Shown: positions 31,605 to 49,624 of the stretch, one piece after another | Layout of the letters: each line of letters starts with the position of its first letter | Position numbering within the stretch: position 1 is the first letter of the stretch | Assembly: GCF_000150275.1 (NCBI RefSeq) | Contig: NW_002060943.1 | Span: forward strand, 7,944,066-8,008,065 | Origin: Trichoplax adhaerens | Lineage: Eukaryota; Animalia; Placozoa | Length of the DNA: 64,000 bases | Direction: 5' to 3' | Notes under the pieces: generated by a model | Seen by the model: the letters and a program-made list of their open reading frames with translations, nothing else | Databases searched by the model: none | What the model was told of the DNA's origin: nothing | Translations under genes and position numbers: made by a program

Positions 31605-31940
31605 CCTCAGAAATGCCGCACTTCTTGTTGACGGAGACTACACAAGCCGCTGCTGGTGTTATTAGCTCTGTCAGCTTGCATGTCTAGTTTCTCCAAACTG
31701 AAATGATCATAGTACTGTATAGCATACAGTACGGTACCGTAGTAGTTCACTGAAATACTACGGTACGCTTGTAGGTGGTGCATCTGTTGTCAAGTTGCAA
31801 GCTTACCCTCGAACAGTGCTTCAGAAATACTGCATCGCCAGTTGACGGAGACTACTCAAACTCGCTGTTAATAGAAAGCGTATTTTACTGTCTATCAGTT
31901 TACATCTCTAGTTTCTCTAAAATTCTATGATCATAGTATA
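31605..31940. repeat. Imperfect direct duplication (~110-120 bp, spacing ~213 bp)
   Basis: TCAGAAAT..GCA...GTTGACGGAGACTAC...CTAGTTTCTC.AAA...ATGATCATAGTA occurs at ~31605-31714 and ~31820-31938. Confidence 0.8.
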
Positions 31941-32512
31941 ACGCTGCGTTGATTCGGTTAATTTGATCGCTTAACAGACAAGACTTGATCGTTCTTCTCT
32001 TGTTAATTAAAATTCTTCATTAATTAACAGAGCAACAAGACCGCATTGTACTGTACCCAATACGTACCGTACCGAGCCATTATCGTTACGTCGCTGAGCG
32101 ATTGGCTAGTGCAGCAAATTTCCCGCCAAACTCGAGCACGTGATCACCAAACAAGCGAGCTGCACATTGTTTCAAATTCTTCGCTAACCGTTAAAGGCCG
32201 ATCGTGAACAACACCAAAGACAACGCTGCTGTACCAGACTCACTATAGCAACGCGAACATTGCAATCCCATTCAACTATTGACTTGCTGAAGTTGCTGTA
32301 GGTCTTGTTCACTTGTTGATCAGTATTTTCATTTGCAAATTCATTGCGAAACGCTGACAAGGCGCTTAGTAAACCGATCAGTCTGCACGTTTACATTCAA
32401 ACTATTCTACTCATCTTGTAGATAGCGGTAAAGAGAGCTAAGGAATCATTTGTGAACGATTGTAACTCGCTTTAGACGTACTTGGATAGCCGATCAATCA
32501 TCAGAGTTCAAA

Positions 32513-37215
<4,703 letters not shown>

Positions 37216-37902
37216 TTATTAATTTGAGAAATTTTTTGTTGCTGTTGAATCTGTGTCGCAATTACAGTTTGATATTTTTAACTCTTTGTAATTTGTCAAT
37301 TCCTTGCGGAAGTTACTATAAGATGCCATTATCAATACGTGTATTCTACAGTATCTTGTGTCCGTAAGTAGATATTCCTATGCCTCGCTTGATATTCTTA
37401 TTGTATATTTTCGTTGCTAATAGGCAACATTGTAGTGTAATGCGTCCCTTTCTTGTTCATGTATAGCATGTTGATATACTTGATATTTTAGTGTAAGTTT
37501 TAAAAGACAATCACAGTTGCAGACGGCTTGCATGTAACATTATTTATGATTTTTTGTTCAGTAAAGATTTTTATATTACTGTATGTCGAAAATATTTATT
37601 TGAATTATCTATCCCAATAGTCTTTGCACGCAATTATGCGTCATAACTAGTAGAAGATCTCGCTCGTGATACTTGACGTAGTCAGTGAATTAAACGATCA
37701 GATATTACAATATATCGGAAAAGATTGTATTAGTCTATAAGTGTCCGTTACTGGTATACAAGATTACAGTATGGGCTACTAGAAAAGATGATTTTTTCCC
37801 ATCAACGCACATGATTCAGCGTTAGACTCTAAAGTAGTGCACATTACAATACTGTATACAATGTTACAAAATGCATTAAAGATTAAAAATTCAGATTAGT
37901 AT

Positions 37903-38825
37903 TTATAAACTATCCAATAAAGCAACATTTCCATGTTGATCGTGTAGTAATATTTCAAAGAATCTTAATCCTTCATAGAATTTGGAAGCTACAGTAATAT
38001 TAGGCGTCAGTTGATGACATTTAGGATTTCGATCGAAATATCTCAACAGTCTTCCACCATCGCTACTATCCGCATCATTAATGCTTATCAATGCCATGGG
38101 TAAGTGGCTACTTTTAAAAGTTTTGTGGGCGTCTTTAGTAAATCTACAAAGTTACAAAAATAGATCATGTTAAGATTGCTATCACAAATATTATCGATGA
38201 GTTATCATTACTTATTGTGTGTGGAATATCAATCTTTAGCTTATCAGTTTCATAAATAAGATAGAACAACAGATAAAGCTAGTACTGTATTGTACTGATC
38301 AAGATTGTCGGAGCTGATAGGTTCAATATTTACTACAGTATGCAGCGAGATTACGTTACAGAGTCATTTATCAGTAGCTATAGTATTGAGGAATACTGGC
38401 AGTTATTTTATGGCACTAATTATTCAATTAATTTTAACTTAATCAGTGAGTCTAATAGGGGTACATTACCCTTTACGCGAGACCAGAATGCCAATGGTAT
38501 TACGAGGTTCTCGATCAAGCGTTCCAATTAATGACCGGATGTGCAGTGGTCCACATGAAACTTTTAAATTTTTACAATCACCGACCACGTTCAATCTAGT
38601 TTTCTCCTTGTTTATACTCATATGCCAGTAGCCTCGAAAGTCGACACCTTTGTCATGAGCTCCACCACAGTGGTTTAAGTGGAAACCAAGTTGTCTTAAT
38701 ACATTAATAGTGTGCAATTCGTAATTACGTCCACGATGAGCTGCACTGCTACAGCTCCTAAAAGTAAATGATGTAGCTATTAAATTGCATTTCATTATTG
38801 TGCCAGAATGTAGTAATAACACCAT
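37903..38825 (-). CDS. RRG7/DUF2034-like PD-(D/E)XK (restriction-endonuclease-fold) protein, probably mitochondrial; 2 exons (38470-38825, 37903-38143)
   Basis: RGRNYELHTINVLRQLGFHLNHCGGAHDKGVDFRGYWHM...VVGDCK...GPLHIRSLIGTL...IGILVSRKG|FTKDAHKTFKSSHLPMALISI follows the RRG7 pattern G..(Y/F)E...GG..D.G.D..G.W...(Q/D)CK....P..REL.G. The N-terminus lacks acidic residues. Confidence 0.8.
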
Positions 38826-40112
38826 GATTGATGAAGGCCCTCTACTGCACTAATAAGCAGGCTAGAAGGAGCGATTATCCACCAATATGTCAGCAACGGT
38901 CAAAGATGTTGTGTCGTGTACACTGTTATACCAGAGTTCATTTTTCCTGATTAAATCCTAGACTTTCCATGGGGGATAATCAATCGAATTGCGTACGTCA
39001 AGCGTACAAATACACACTATATGATGATGGATCAGCCAGCGATTGAAATAGTCCAGATGGTCTGGAAGGATTTGACGTAGTGTAAGCAAGCAATGCAACT
39101 GCCAAAATATTTATTTACCGTCAATGTTGTGTACAAGTCTGTTTGTAAAGAATTACAAGTAGTACATTACAGGTGGAGCTTGTAAGTTCGTTTATAAATA
39201 ATCACAACTTCCAATAGATCAGGTATAAATAAATAAAGGAGACAGCCGAGGTAAATGGTACATCAATTGATGAAGTCAATAACAATTTTGAGGTAATGAT
39301 CGCCAGCTTGCATGCTGGCCCTTCGCAAAACGGTCCAGTCTCGTACACTGCCGTACAGTAAGTATACCCGTACAATCGAACAAGTTGGTACAAACATTAT
39401 GCTACCTCAGTACAGTACAGTACTATATCGCCTATGACATAACGCTTTTAGCCCCAAGGTTGAAAAAATTGAAAATGCGTCCCGGTATTATACCATGTTG
39501 ACTGCAGCTCTTTAATGATATTTAAAAAGAAAAAATAATAATAATATAGGATCGATCAGTTATCAAGTAATAAAAATGAAATTACTTTGGTAGTTTTGAT
39601 TGGTTAATGACCGATTAAAATGGGCTAAAATTCATGTTCATGCTATCAATACATGCTATCAACAAGATCTGATTGAATTTTCCAGGTTGTATTTTTTGGG
39701 GGGGGGACTTTATTTATTTACAGTAGATTGTATGGATGAGTCGACCGTTGGAGTTGGCCCTGATGTCATGTCAGTATAACACCCCATTCACTACTCTATG
39801 CTAGTAGTAAATCCATTGATCAAGCCCGACCTTGGTCAACAGTATGTGTTGATTGAGCTGAACCTACTGATCCCAGTAATCTTTTACAGAGGTGCATCAA
39901 TAAAAGAGAAAAAGAAAAAATTCAATCATTTACTATGATCAGTATCTTGAATCGATGTGTTACTATGAGGTATTTTTGAACAATACCAATGATGCTATAC
40001 TATTTTATAGAGAGATTTCGATCGGTTAAAGCACAGTGTAACATGATCGCATAAATCACTTGGCCATTTATCCTCAGCTAAATCTATGTAATCACTACCG
40101 TATAGATACATC

Positions 40113-40123
40113 TGCGCATGCGT
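40113..40123. promoter_or_regulatory. NRF1-like site just upstream of MED12
   Basis: TGCGCATGCGT matches the first 10 nt of the consensus TGCGCATGCGCA and lies about 45 bp before the MED12 ATG. Confidence 0.5.
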
Positions 40124-40165
40124 CCTTGCACACACTATATTGGAGATATTTTAAATGGCTGCACA

Positions 40166-43100
40166 ATGATGGCGATATTCAACAGGGAACAACGTCCACT
40201 AAAAAGGCCTAGAATTGGCCCTCCAGATTGCTATCCTCAAATGACCAAGCAAAAAGAGGTTAGTATTTGTACTCTAGATTAATCCAATACAAAAATTTCG
40301 CTCATTGAAGCTAGTAATAGGATTGAAATTGCAATCTTATCCATGAAAATTGACCTAAAGAAATGTCAGTGAAAAAATTAGCATAGACAGTACTGTACCA
40401 CTAGCGAATGATTGAACTAGACCGCCACGCATAGCCGTCCATGGCAAGAAAGCGTATTTACAATTATTATCCAAATTGATTCCCTACAGTTCTATTTGAT
40501 ATTTTACCATTATTAGATATTCATTTCTTCATTTTTTACTATTACCATGCAATACACATGAAATGGAATTATTTTTAACTTGTCAACAGGACGATTTAAG
40601 TAGTGATACACTGAAGAACGGATTTAAAAATGTCGAATTAGTTGAAGACGAGGTAAGAGACGGAGAAGAAAAATACGCAATACACGCTAGACTAGTGCAT
40701 GATTATCAAGGATAAAAACATCTTTATAGATCATTTGAAAAACCTTTCCTCGTTATATGCAGACTTGTAGATGATATCTCGCTATTTTTTATGAATGTTT
40801 TTATTGCTATAGATTTTTTAAAAAAATATTTCTACTTAAACTTGATATATTGTAGATTGGCTCGGCTAAGCCTTTTGTTACTGTATGCAATTTCTCCAGG
40901 GTAAGAGTCGTTTAACATTACAACTTGCTGCTATTGAACTATATCAGTAAATAGATGCAATGATTATCGAATAAGGCAATCGTCATGTGGATTACCTACA
41001 TGTAATCGCTGCTTGAGACAAATTTAATCTTTACACTTCAACTTTCATCACTATCGTTACGTATCAATTCTTTCCTAATAGCTTGGAAGTCACTTCAAAG
41101 CTATAACCGAAGAGAAACAGCGACTTAATAATGTCTATGATGTCAATAAGAAGAAAAATCAAGTGAATTTGAAAGACGTTTATTGGCCGGTATAGTTCTA
41201 CTATTTTTCCTCTTCTCATACTGTCCTTTTAAATTATTCGAGATAATACCCTCACAATGGACTGACCTTGATCTTTTTCTCGTGTTTTTAGGTTACTGCC
41301 AAAAATCGCACTAACTTGAATGCTTGGTTACAAGATCTAGCGATTAATAAATCTCTAAAAGATTTATCGAAGAAGGTAAGTCGTTGTCCCGCTGAATTAG
41401 ATTAACTGATACTGTACTATGGATAAACTATGACTGGATATCATACTAATTTACTCAAGTTAGACTATCTATAACTCGTTAAATTGATATTTTCATTAGC
41501 ATGTTTTACCATCTTCATCATTGCAATCAATTCTTTCCGATGGTTTTTAGATTCCAACGTTAAATTCCAATCGTAAAGAAGAAGTTTTTCAACTTCTTTC
41601 TGACAATTCTGTACCTTTAGCTAGATCGGCTTGGTTTATCAAGGTGAGTTTATAAACTCTCTCTATACATATATACGTATATATACGTGCGCACTATAGT
41701 GGATTTTTTTGGTACTATAGTATACACATTTTGGATTGAATTTTTGTTACGACAGTAGATCATGGTTGCATTGTCGTAGCTGTTTGAAAAAGGTACTGTA
41801 GTGAGCATGAAAGTGGACAGCTATTTGACTAACCTTGAGTAACCTAGAGCTCATCACACTGACTTTCGATAATAGTTCCAATTTGTAATGTAATTCGGAT
41901 ACGATATCTTAATAAAGAACACTTGTAATAGAAAGTACCAAAACAATCATTGTAGCAAAAGGATATGATGATAATAGTTAATGCTCCGATTCTATTAATT
42001 ACCCATCCAGAAATGCAATCTAACTACGTTTGTGAATAAAATGTCTGGCAAAATTTAATACTTTATAAAAATTTTTTTATTCAGTTATTATCGACCGGGT
42101 ATAATACGTCGTCGGATTCCAAAAAGAAACGCCCAGGAGGTGACTTATCTCACGGTAAGTGTTGTACAGTAACTTGGAACAGTGGAGCTCTTCGATGTTG
42201 TTATTGATTTAATGCCCGATATGATCCCGGTGTGGCTAATTTAAAAAAACAAATACATTTGTATCAACCATATTTTAGACTGGACTCAGTCATTAACGAA
42301 ATATTTAAAAGATTTATTAAGTAAGTTATCAGATCATTCACATGGCCAGGGAAAAGTAACGTTATCTTCAGATATTCTATCAGCATATAAGCAATTCTTA
42401 TACAACTCTCAGTTAGCAGATTGGCTTTATCAAGTAAGAGTCCTTGTAATGTAGTATTCTTTCTATAAATTATTTCTTACTAAATTCAATGCTATGACAA
42501 CATATCCCATTTTAGGAAGGATTATTACAGAGACATAGTTTTTTGCAATGGTTGATAGATACACTAGACAAAGTTGACTTCGCAGATAGCGTATCTTTAA
42601 CGTTACTTGTACCACTCACATTCAAGGTGAATTAGCTGAACGATATTAAAAGTACTATTATTATCAGTAGATTAACGTTTTATTAATTTTTTTACTTTAT
42701 CTGTGGTTACATAGTATATCAGAGATATTACGGCGTCTCAATCTCTAGCTCGGGTATTGGCTGGTATTTGTACCCGGTACATATCCTATCTCTATTATCA
42801 TAACAATAATAATGCTAACGAAAAAGAAAGTAAACCATCATCAACTAATTCTACGGATAATGGCACTACGGAGGATTGGTCTTTATTAGCCATTTACAAT
42901 GATTGCCAGCGGCATTATCCAAGATTATTGTTACTAACTTGCATACTTCAGATCATAGCTATTTTTTGCCCCGGTGCCTTAGTATATTCTATCGGTGCTT
43001 GGAATAAAGGATCCAGTAATGATTCTTTAATGCATCATGGTTCACCGTTGGATTATCTACCCGGTTCGATATGTCAGTTACCTGGAATCGAGTTATTGGA

Positions 43101-46100
43101 GGCTCGAGTACAAAAACAGGTTATGATCTATAATATGTACATATATAAATGTATCTATCTATAGATTTGTAAGCTTACCGGTTGGTAACATTAAAAATCT
43201 TTATAATCTTATAGATGTTAGCTGCAATGAAGGCGTCTCAAAGCCAAATTCAACTTCGTAGCACACTAGTAGAAAATCGTTGGTCTTCTGAAAAGTGTAA
43301 AGAATCAGATATCTCAGTAGTAGTAACACAAGTGTTATCTGTTCTTGAAATTCACGATAAAGGCGCTTACGCTCGTCACAACAACGGAATCTCGGTGGAA
43401 AATTTATATACAAATATTTTTCCTGCTATCATTAAAGGCTCTTTAGTTAAGGTATTACCGTTAATTATTACTTAGAAATTTAGTAGTGATGTATAGTTAT
43501 AATAAATTTATGAAATATTGATTACAGGATGTCTTGAATAATGATGAAGCTATTATCATGCATCTTTTGGAATGGGCCGTAACTCCCTTTCGTTATGGGT
43601 TTCATCGTCCTATTCTTGTTGCGATACTACTTGAACGTCGACAGGGCGATTTAGAAAGAATGAATGAAAACGATGCAATTTGCAATCACCTTTATTATCA
43701 GGAGTTATTGTTACGATTTCTTGATTATTATGCCATATTGCCATCAGGTTAGGAGGCAATTACTCTTCATTATATACCTTTTGATTTTATAACTATCGTT
43801 CGTTTTCGCAGTTAGCTGAAGTCATTGCTTTTCCTCTTTAACAGATGATAGTGAACTAGAATTAGAACAATCGAATGCCTCGTTTAAATTATTAGTGGCA
43901 TTATTTGCCGAATTGATTCGCCGTAAAGTATTTTCACATGATAAATACATTATGACTTTAATATCTCGGGGAGATATTTCTACTACGTCAAATAGTAGTA
44001 GATCTTACGCGAACTCACCGGATCAGATTGTTGGCGAAAATGATCACGATGGAGAAAGCGATGAATGCAGCCATCTAGGGAAGAGTAAGCATTTACTTCG
44101 TTTATATTCAATATGTATCGTTGATTTTTATCTCACGCTTCAATTTTTATGGTAGAAAATGAAGAAGAAAATGTAATTGAATGTGGCTCACCATTTTCGG
44201 TTAGACGTGATTCGGAAGCTGATATTTCAGATCAGCTAAAGCAACAGCTATCGCAACAGCAGGAAGAGCTACAACAGTTACTAGAGAGTAACGAAACTAA
44301 TAGCTGTAATGGCAACATGGATATAATGGAATACGACAACGCAACTGACGATGTTGCTTTTGCTAAACCTGAACAAGAAAATATTGCCAATAAAACAGAA
44401 GGAAATTTATCTGACAATGACGAAAGAGGACGAGATGATGATAAAGATAAAAATTTTAATAATGTAACAACCGATACACGAAAAACATTTCAACATATCG
44501 CTTATGTGCTTCATTTTCCTTTACCTGATATTGATTTAAGAAATGTCGATGTAGGCTCGCACGAGAGTAGACAGAGATTCACAGTTTTATATGGCGTTGG
44601 CGAGAGCAGAAATTTAGCTCTACAAGAGGTTACAGAAATGTGGGACGAAATCAATAGTTGTGTTGATTACTTAACTACATGCGATAGCCAAAATTCTAGT
44701 TCAAATGATAGCAATCGTATTAATTATGCAAGTTATCTTGCTCCTACAATCAGAAAATTTAAAACTCTGCACATTTACAGTCAATACGTGTTAGCGAACA
44801 CTTGCGCTAACTTAATTATGGAAAATGTGATTAAAGAAAATCGATACCCCTCCATAAATAAATTTAATTTTGTTGCTGATTTGATGGAGATCGCCGGAGA
44901 TATTAATGGATTTCTTCAATTTGTTATTCGTTTACTAAGTGGTAAGTGTTTTATCATATTTTGAATAAATGCCATTACTAGGATGATCACTTACAAATTA
45001 TTTTCGTAATACCTTAGAGGGCGATAGCGGTGCGGCAGAAACTCGATCATCCTTGGTACTTACAATAGTAGCTGTGTTCCGTCGTTATTATAACTGTCTG
45101 TTGGTATCATTGAAGCAAGCTACTGAAGCCGTTGAAGGGTATATGTCTAAATTAATCAATCATGAAATGGTTACTACAATTGTATAGGAGAGTACGCTAT
45201 TAAATAGACGATCTAATTTTAGATTGTGGAGAATCGTAAAACATATCACTAATCCAGCATCATGCTCTAGCGCTGATCGTTGTGCGTTAGCTTGTTTGGC
45301 AGATATATTTACACATTGCAGTGATTTAAAGGTAAGCGGTCCAAGTGAGGCAACTGTAAAATATCAGTTTTATCTTAAGATTAAAATATCATGTATTACA
45401 TTGATTTAGCTGAAAAATCGAGCTGAGCTCGAGAGCGTTCTTCAAAAGGTTAAGGACAGTTTACCTTGTAGCGGACTTTCGAAATCCAACGATCCAATTG
45501 ATTGGAAAATTTTCGGTGAAGAATTTAAGGAACCAAGGCGAGTAAACAGTGTTCCAGTGCAATTTTGACTCCATTTAAAAATTTTTTTAACCAATATAAT
45601 CGTAGGGAAGCGAATCCTAATCAGATATGTCAGGCCATACGATATGACGTTATGAAGAAATACAATTTTGTTTGTAATGCTATTTTGCATGTATATCACT
45701 GCGGCACTTACGTTAGGTAATTACCTATACAGAAGAATCTATATTTTTTACCATTTAACCCTAAAGGAATTGTATTTATAGATTGCTAGATATTGCTACA
45801 TTATGTGCTGAGGTAACCTCATACAGTAGCGGTCTTAACGGTGAATGGATGGGGGTATTGCGTGCTCTTTGCTGCTCACCAAGTTCAAATTTTGGCTTCA
45901 CTGAATTATTGACGCAACTGGAAGTTAGTACTTGCGCTACACTGACTGTTTATCTTTAAAATTTCAATAATAAAGGCTGATTAATTTTTTCTAGATTTCA
46001 GATAGCAGATCAGCGGACAATATTGCCATGTTTACCGCTGTTTTAATTTCGAGGCACTGTTTCTCTTTAGAAGAGTTATTAAGACTTGTTATTTTACCAC

Positions 46101-49100
46101 CGCTTCATGACACACGCACTTCTCGTTCAAGTAAGTTAGAAAGTAGAGAAATATTATAGAAAAAGATTCTTATACTTATTTAACATATGGTTTTCTAAAA
46201 TTTTTAGTTAATCAACACTTCAAAATTGGCGCTGGAGCTCGTTTAAGTTGCCATCTCTTGCTGAGGCTATTAGAGAAACCATCGCATGAGGTCAATAGTT
46301 ACGTAGACTATAATAGCGGAGAACTGGTTTTGAAGTCATGGGATAGAAGCTTACTATCTACTTGGCATCATACCTTAGGTTTGTGGTTAATCGTTTTTGA
46401 GTTCCTTTTTAAGCTAGTATTATGATTGCAATTAGAGCTGTAACATATTATAATTATAATTGATATAATTTCCTAGATTTGAACTACATCTACATTGTTT
46501 TGAAGACTATGGCAGCTATGGTTGATTCTAATAAAGATAATAATAGCAAAGACATATTTAATTTTACGACAAATATGGGAATATTAGATGAACCAGATAC
46601 TACTTGCGCTAATCTTGCGTTAAACGTTCTAAAATCAATTTGTGCTCAGCCTTTAATTCAACAACATGTTCTTTGTAATCTGCGAGACTGTTGTTCTAAG
46701 GAATTTCTATTAGATTCAATGTTGACAAAGCGTCAGGTAAAAACCAAGCTATTGATGACGGTCATATTTCAGATCGATACTTACGAGTAGCTTTTCTTTT
46801 CATTTTATCAGGCCATCTACCTACAATATCTGCTGTGCTGTGCTGACAGTATTACTTTCGACCCTTCTGATATTGATACTGATATTAATAAAGAAGATGT
46901 GCTCAATCTATTAAAGGTATATTTATATATTTATGAATTAGTTATAGGGTATTGATAGTTCCAGTATGATATAAATGGGATGATTTACCAAATTCGTTTA
47001 TAGGATATTAATCAATGGTCACTAAGAACAACTTGGCTTGAGATCGAATTACATATCAAGCTCTGTACGCGCAATGAAGTAAGTCTGCGTCCCTTATAGC
47101 TTAATTAATATCCACGCTATTGTCTAAATTATTTTCTTCGGCTTATTTAACAAGGAGCGGACGCGAATTATAGACAACTTAGCGGAAGCAATTATAAAAG
47201 TATACCAAACTTCCAATATCACTAAGTGCGCTTCTAGATCAGACATGTCGGCCATCTTATCACAAGAAGGAAATATCTCTTTAATTGCTCCTTTCGTAGC
47301 GAAATTATCCAATTTTGCTCAGGGTCATATTCTAAAAGCAGCTGGAGAAGTATTGGAAAGATCAAAATGGTGGTTACCGGACGATGACAAGTAAGAAATC
47401 ATTTTCATTTCGATAGCCTTTATACTTTGTATAAGCGTTGACTAAACATTTTGATTGTGCTTATATAATTTAGTCCCTGTACTTTGAACCAAAAGCCTTT
47501 CCTTTCTCTAATATTAACTTGCTTACGCTGCCAAGATGAACATAAAAGGTGCTTTTTATCTTCCATTCAAAAGCAATTTCAACAATTCTTGCGTTCGCCG
47601 ATTGAGGTATTGAAAGTTAAAAATCTTACAAACTTATACAATTTGTACTCTTTATTTGATAGTATAATAGCAAATTACGCATAGATAATTTTTAGTATTA
47701 ATAGTTAAACGATTGATGCAATTATTTTAGGAAAGAATGCCTGATAATCTTAAACAGAGAGAATTCTTAAACGATGCCATTCATTTGCGCCTTAGTTTGG
47801 TAAGATCTGATTCTATTCTTATCGCTTTTAATTATTTGAGAAGACAGTAAGAATGAAGGGCAACTGGCAAATTTTTTTATAGATCGGAGCTGTATTCGAT
47901 ACTATATTACGTGATCTAACGCTATGCAAAGATTGGATACGCCTAATGTTGCAATTTATAGCCTCCGGAACAATAGATCTATTCAGCGAAGACAAGTAGG
48001 AAAAATATCTTTAAATTCTTTAGTGAAGCTAATTTTCAATTGCTTTTGATACTTCAATCTTTACAAATTTGTCTTTAGACAACTGCTGAGTTCTATCTTG
48101 GATATGCTATCAGTATTAATAAGTACCTTGAACGTATCAGAAAGTGTACCGTCAATGAGTGATGAGGCTAGAAAAGTAAATGCATCGCTGGTTAAGAAAT
48201 TCAGGGTAAGTTTTCTTCTTAGATATCGTATTAAATTTGTTCGTTATAAGGCTGTAATCATAGCATTTACGAGGGAATTGTGTAAATATGCAGAAGGAGT
48301 TGGATGGAATTAATTCCCCTGTGGTGAGGGAATGTAAGAAATTGTTTTCGCTTGAAACTCCGCCAGTTAATGTTATTTCCGTTTCGAGTGAAACTGACGA
48401 TACTTGCTATCAAAATGAGTTGTTTAAGGTAAATAAAGTATAGAACCTTACTTATGATGATAGAATTATCGTTTGCAATTGTTATGCGTAAGAAATTGTT
48501 ATTTATAGAATTACATATTTTTGGTTTAGACGGTCGCAGTGGATCATTCTGTGCATGTAAATAATTGGGACATTCTAGAAAGTACCAAATTCTCTTCTCC
48601 TACTTTATGGTCATACTTTGCTGGTGTTAAAGTTGATAGGAAGCCATTGACGTACGAAAATCAGTTTTTTTCGACTATGCAACATAGTCATATGATAGAA
48701 GAATCTCCAGTCTTTTACTTGCCAACTAAAGAATTAGAAATTAATCCGTTACCCTCTGCTAAACCAACTACAAGTAAAACTGTAAAAAATCGTACCAGTA
48801 ATGCCAAGACAGCTGTACCAAAGGAAATAACGCCTCCTTCATCTGTAATTAAACCAGAGGTAAAAGCAACAAAAGCTGCTCCTGGTAAGCGTCAGCGTAG
48901 GCGTTCTACGATTAAAGAAAAAGAAGAAAAGCGCACTACACCCTCTACTATTACGGTCACGAATACGATTTCGAAGACTACTGCAGCTGATTCTATGCGT
49001 GATAGACAATATCTTGCTATTGGATCATCGTCGGGAACTGCTCGTAGCAATGCCACACAAAATAATGAAGGCTTTCAATCACTAATTTCCAAGCAAGTGA

Positions 49101-49624
49101 AAGTATCTCAACCTGTTTCATCTTATACTATTTCTGATCGATCTCAATCTGAAACTAGAGCCCCTAGAAAGAATTCGGGGACTCAATTAAGAGATTTATT
49201 GGGGGATATGCCAACTGCGATGGTGTATCCTGAAGCTCCAAATGTTGGCCGTTCTCAAATGCAAACAACGATGGTAACTTCTGCGTCTGATTATTCCAGC
49301 TTTCAATCAATGAATAATAATACTATTGCTAATATAAATCAGGGAATAGACAGTAGTTTTAGTGATACATTAAATATAGCAAGTCACTCAGATAACTTAT
49401 CTCAACGATCGCTGCAGCAAGGTATGACATCGTCATTAATGGACAATAATTCGATGGTTGATAATCAGATTTCAACCAATTTTATGAGTACTCGCATGCC
49501 AGTTAATCGTTCTGCCGGCAGGATGTCTCAGAATTTAATTAACTCTAATAGCCAGCAATCACGATCTAATGACGTTTTACGTCGACTTAATAAGTTTAAT
49601 GGTCATCAATCTCATTATCGTTAG
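40166..49624 (+). CDS. MED12: Mediator subunit 12 (kinase module), multi-exon
   Basis: The N-terminus [31 protein letters not shown]|[12 protein letters not shown]...[17 protein letters not shown]|IP...KEEVF..L....[11 protein letters not shown] matches MED12. Further matches include [91 protein letters not shown] and NNWDILE. The last exon is a low-complexity stretch ending at 49624. Confidence 0.95.

Larger units (their letters stand above)
31326..32142. promoter_or_regulatory. POLD3/MCM7 bidirectional promoter with E2F, NRF1, CCAAT and E-box motifs
   Basis: TTTCGCGG at 31326; TGCGCGTGCGCA (NRF1 consensus) at 31526-31537; ATTGG at 32101; TTTCCCGCCAAA (classic E2F) at 32119-32130; CACGTG at 32137-32142. 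Confidence 0.7.

Noticed and set aside
37903-38825. Bacterial restriction enzyme contamination or a transposon nuclease
   Set aside because: It has an in-phase spliceosomal intron and host-like composition, with no methylase, RT or terminal repeats nearby.
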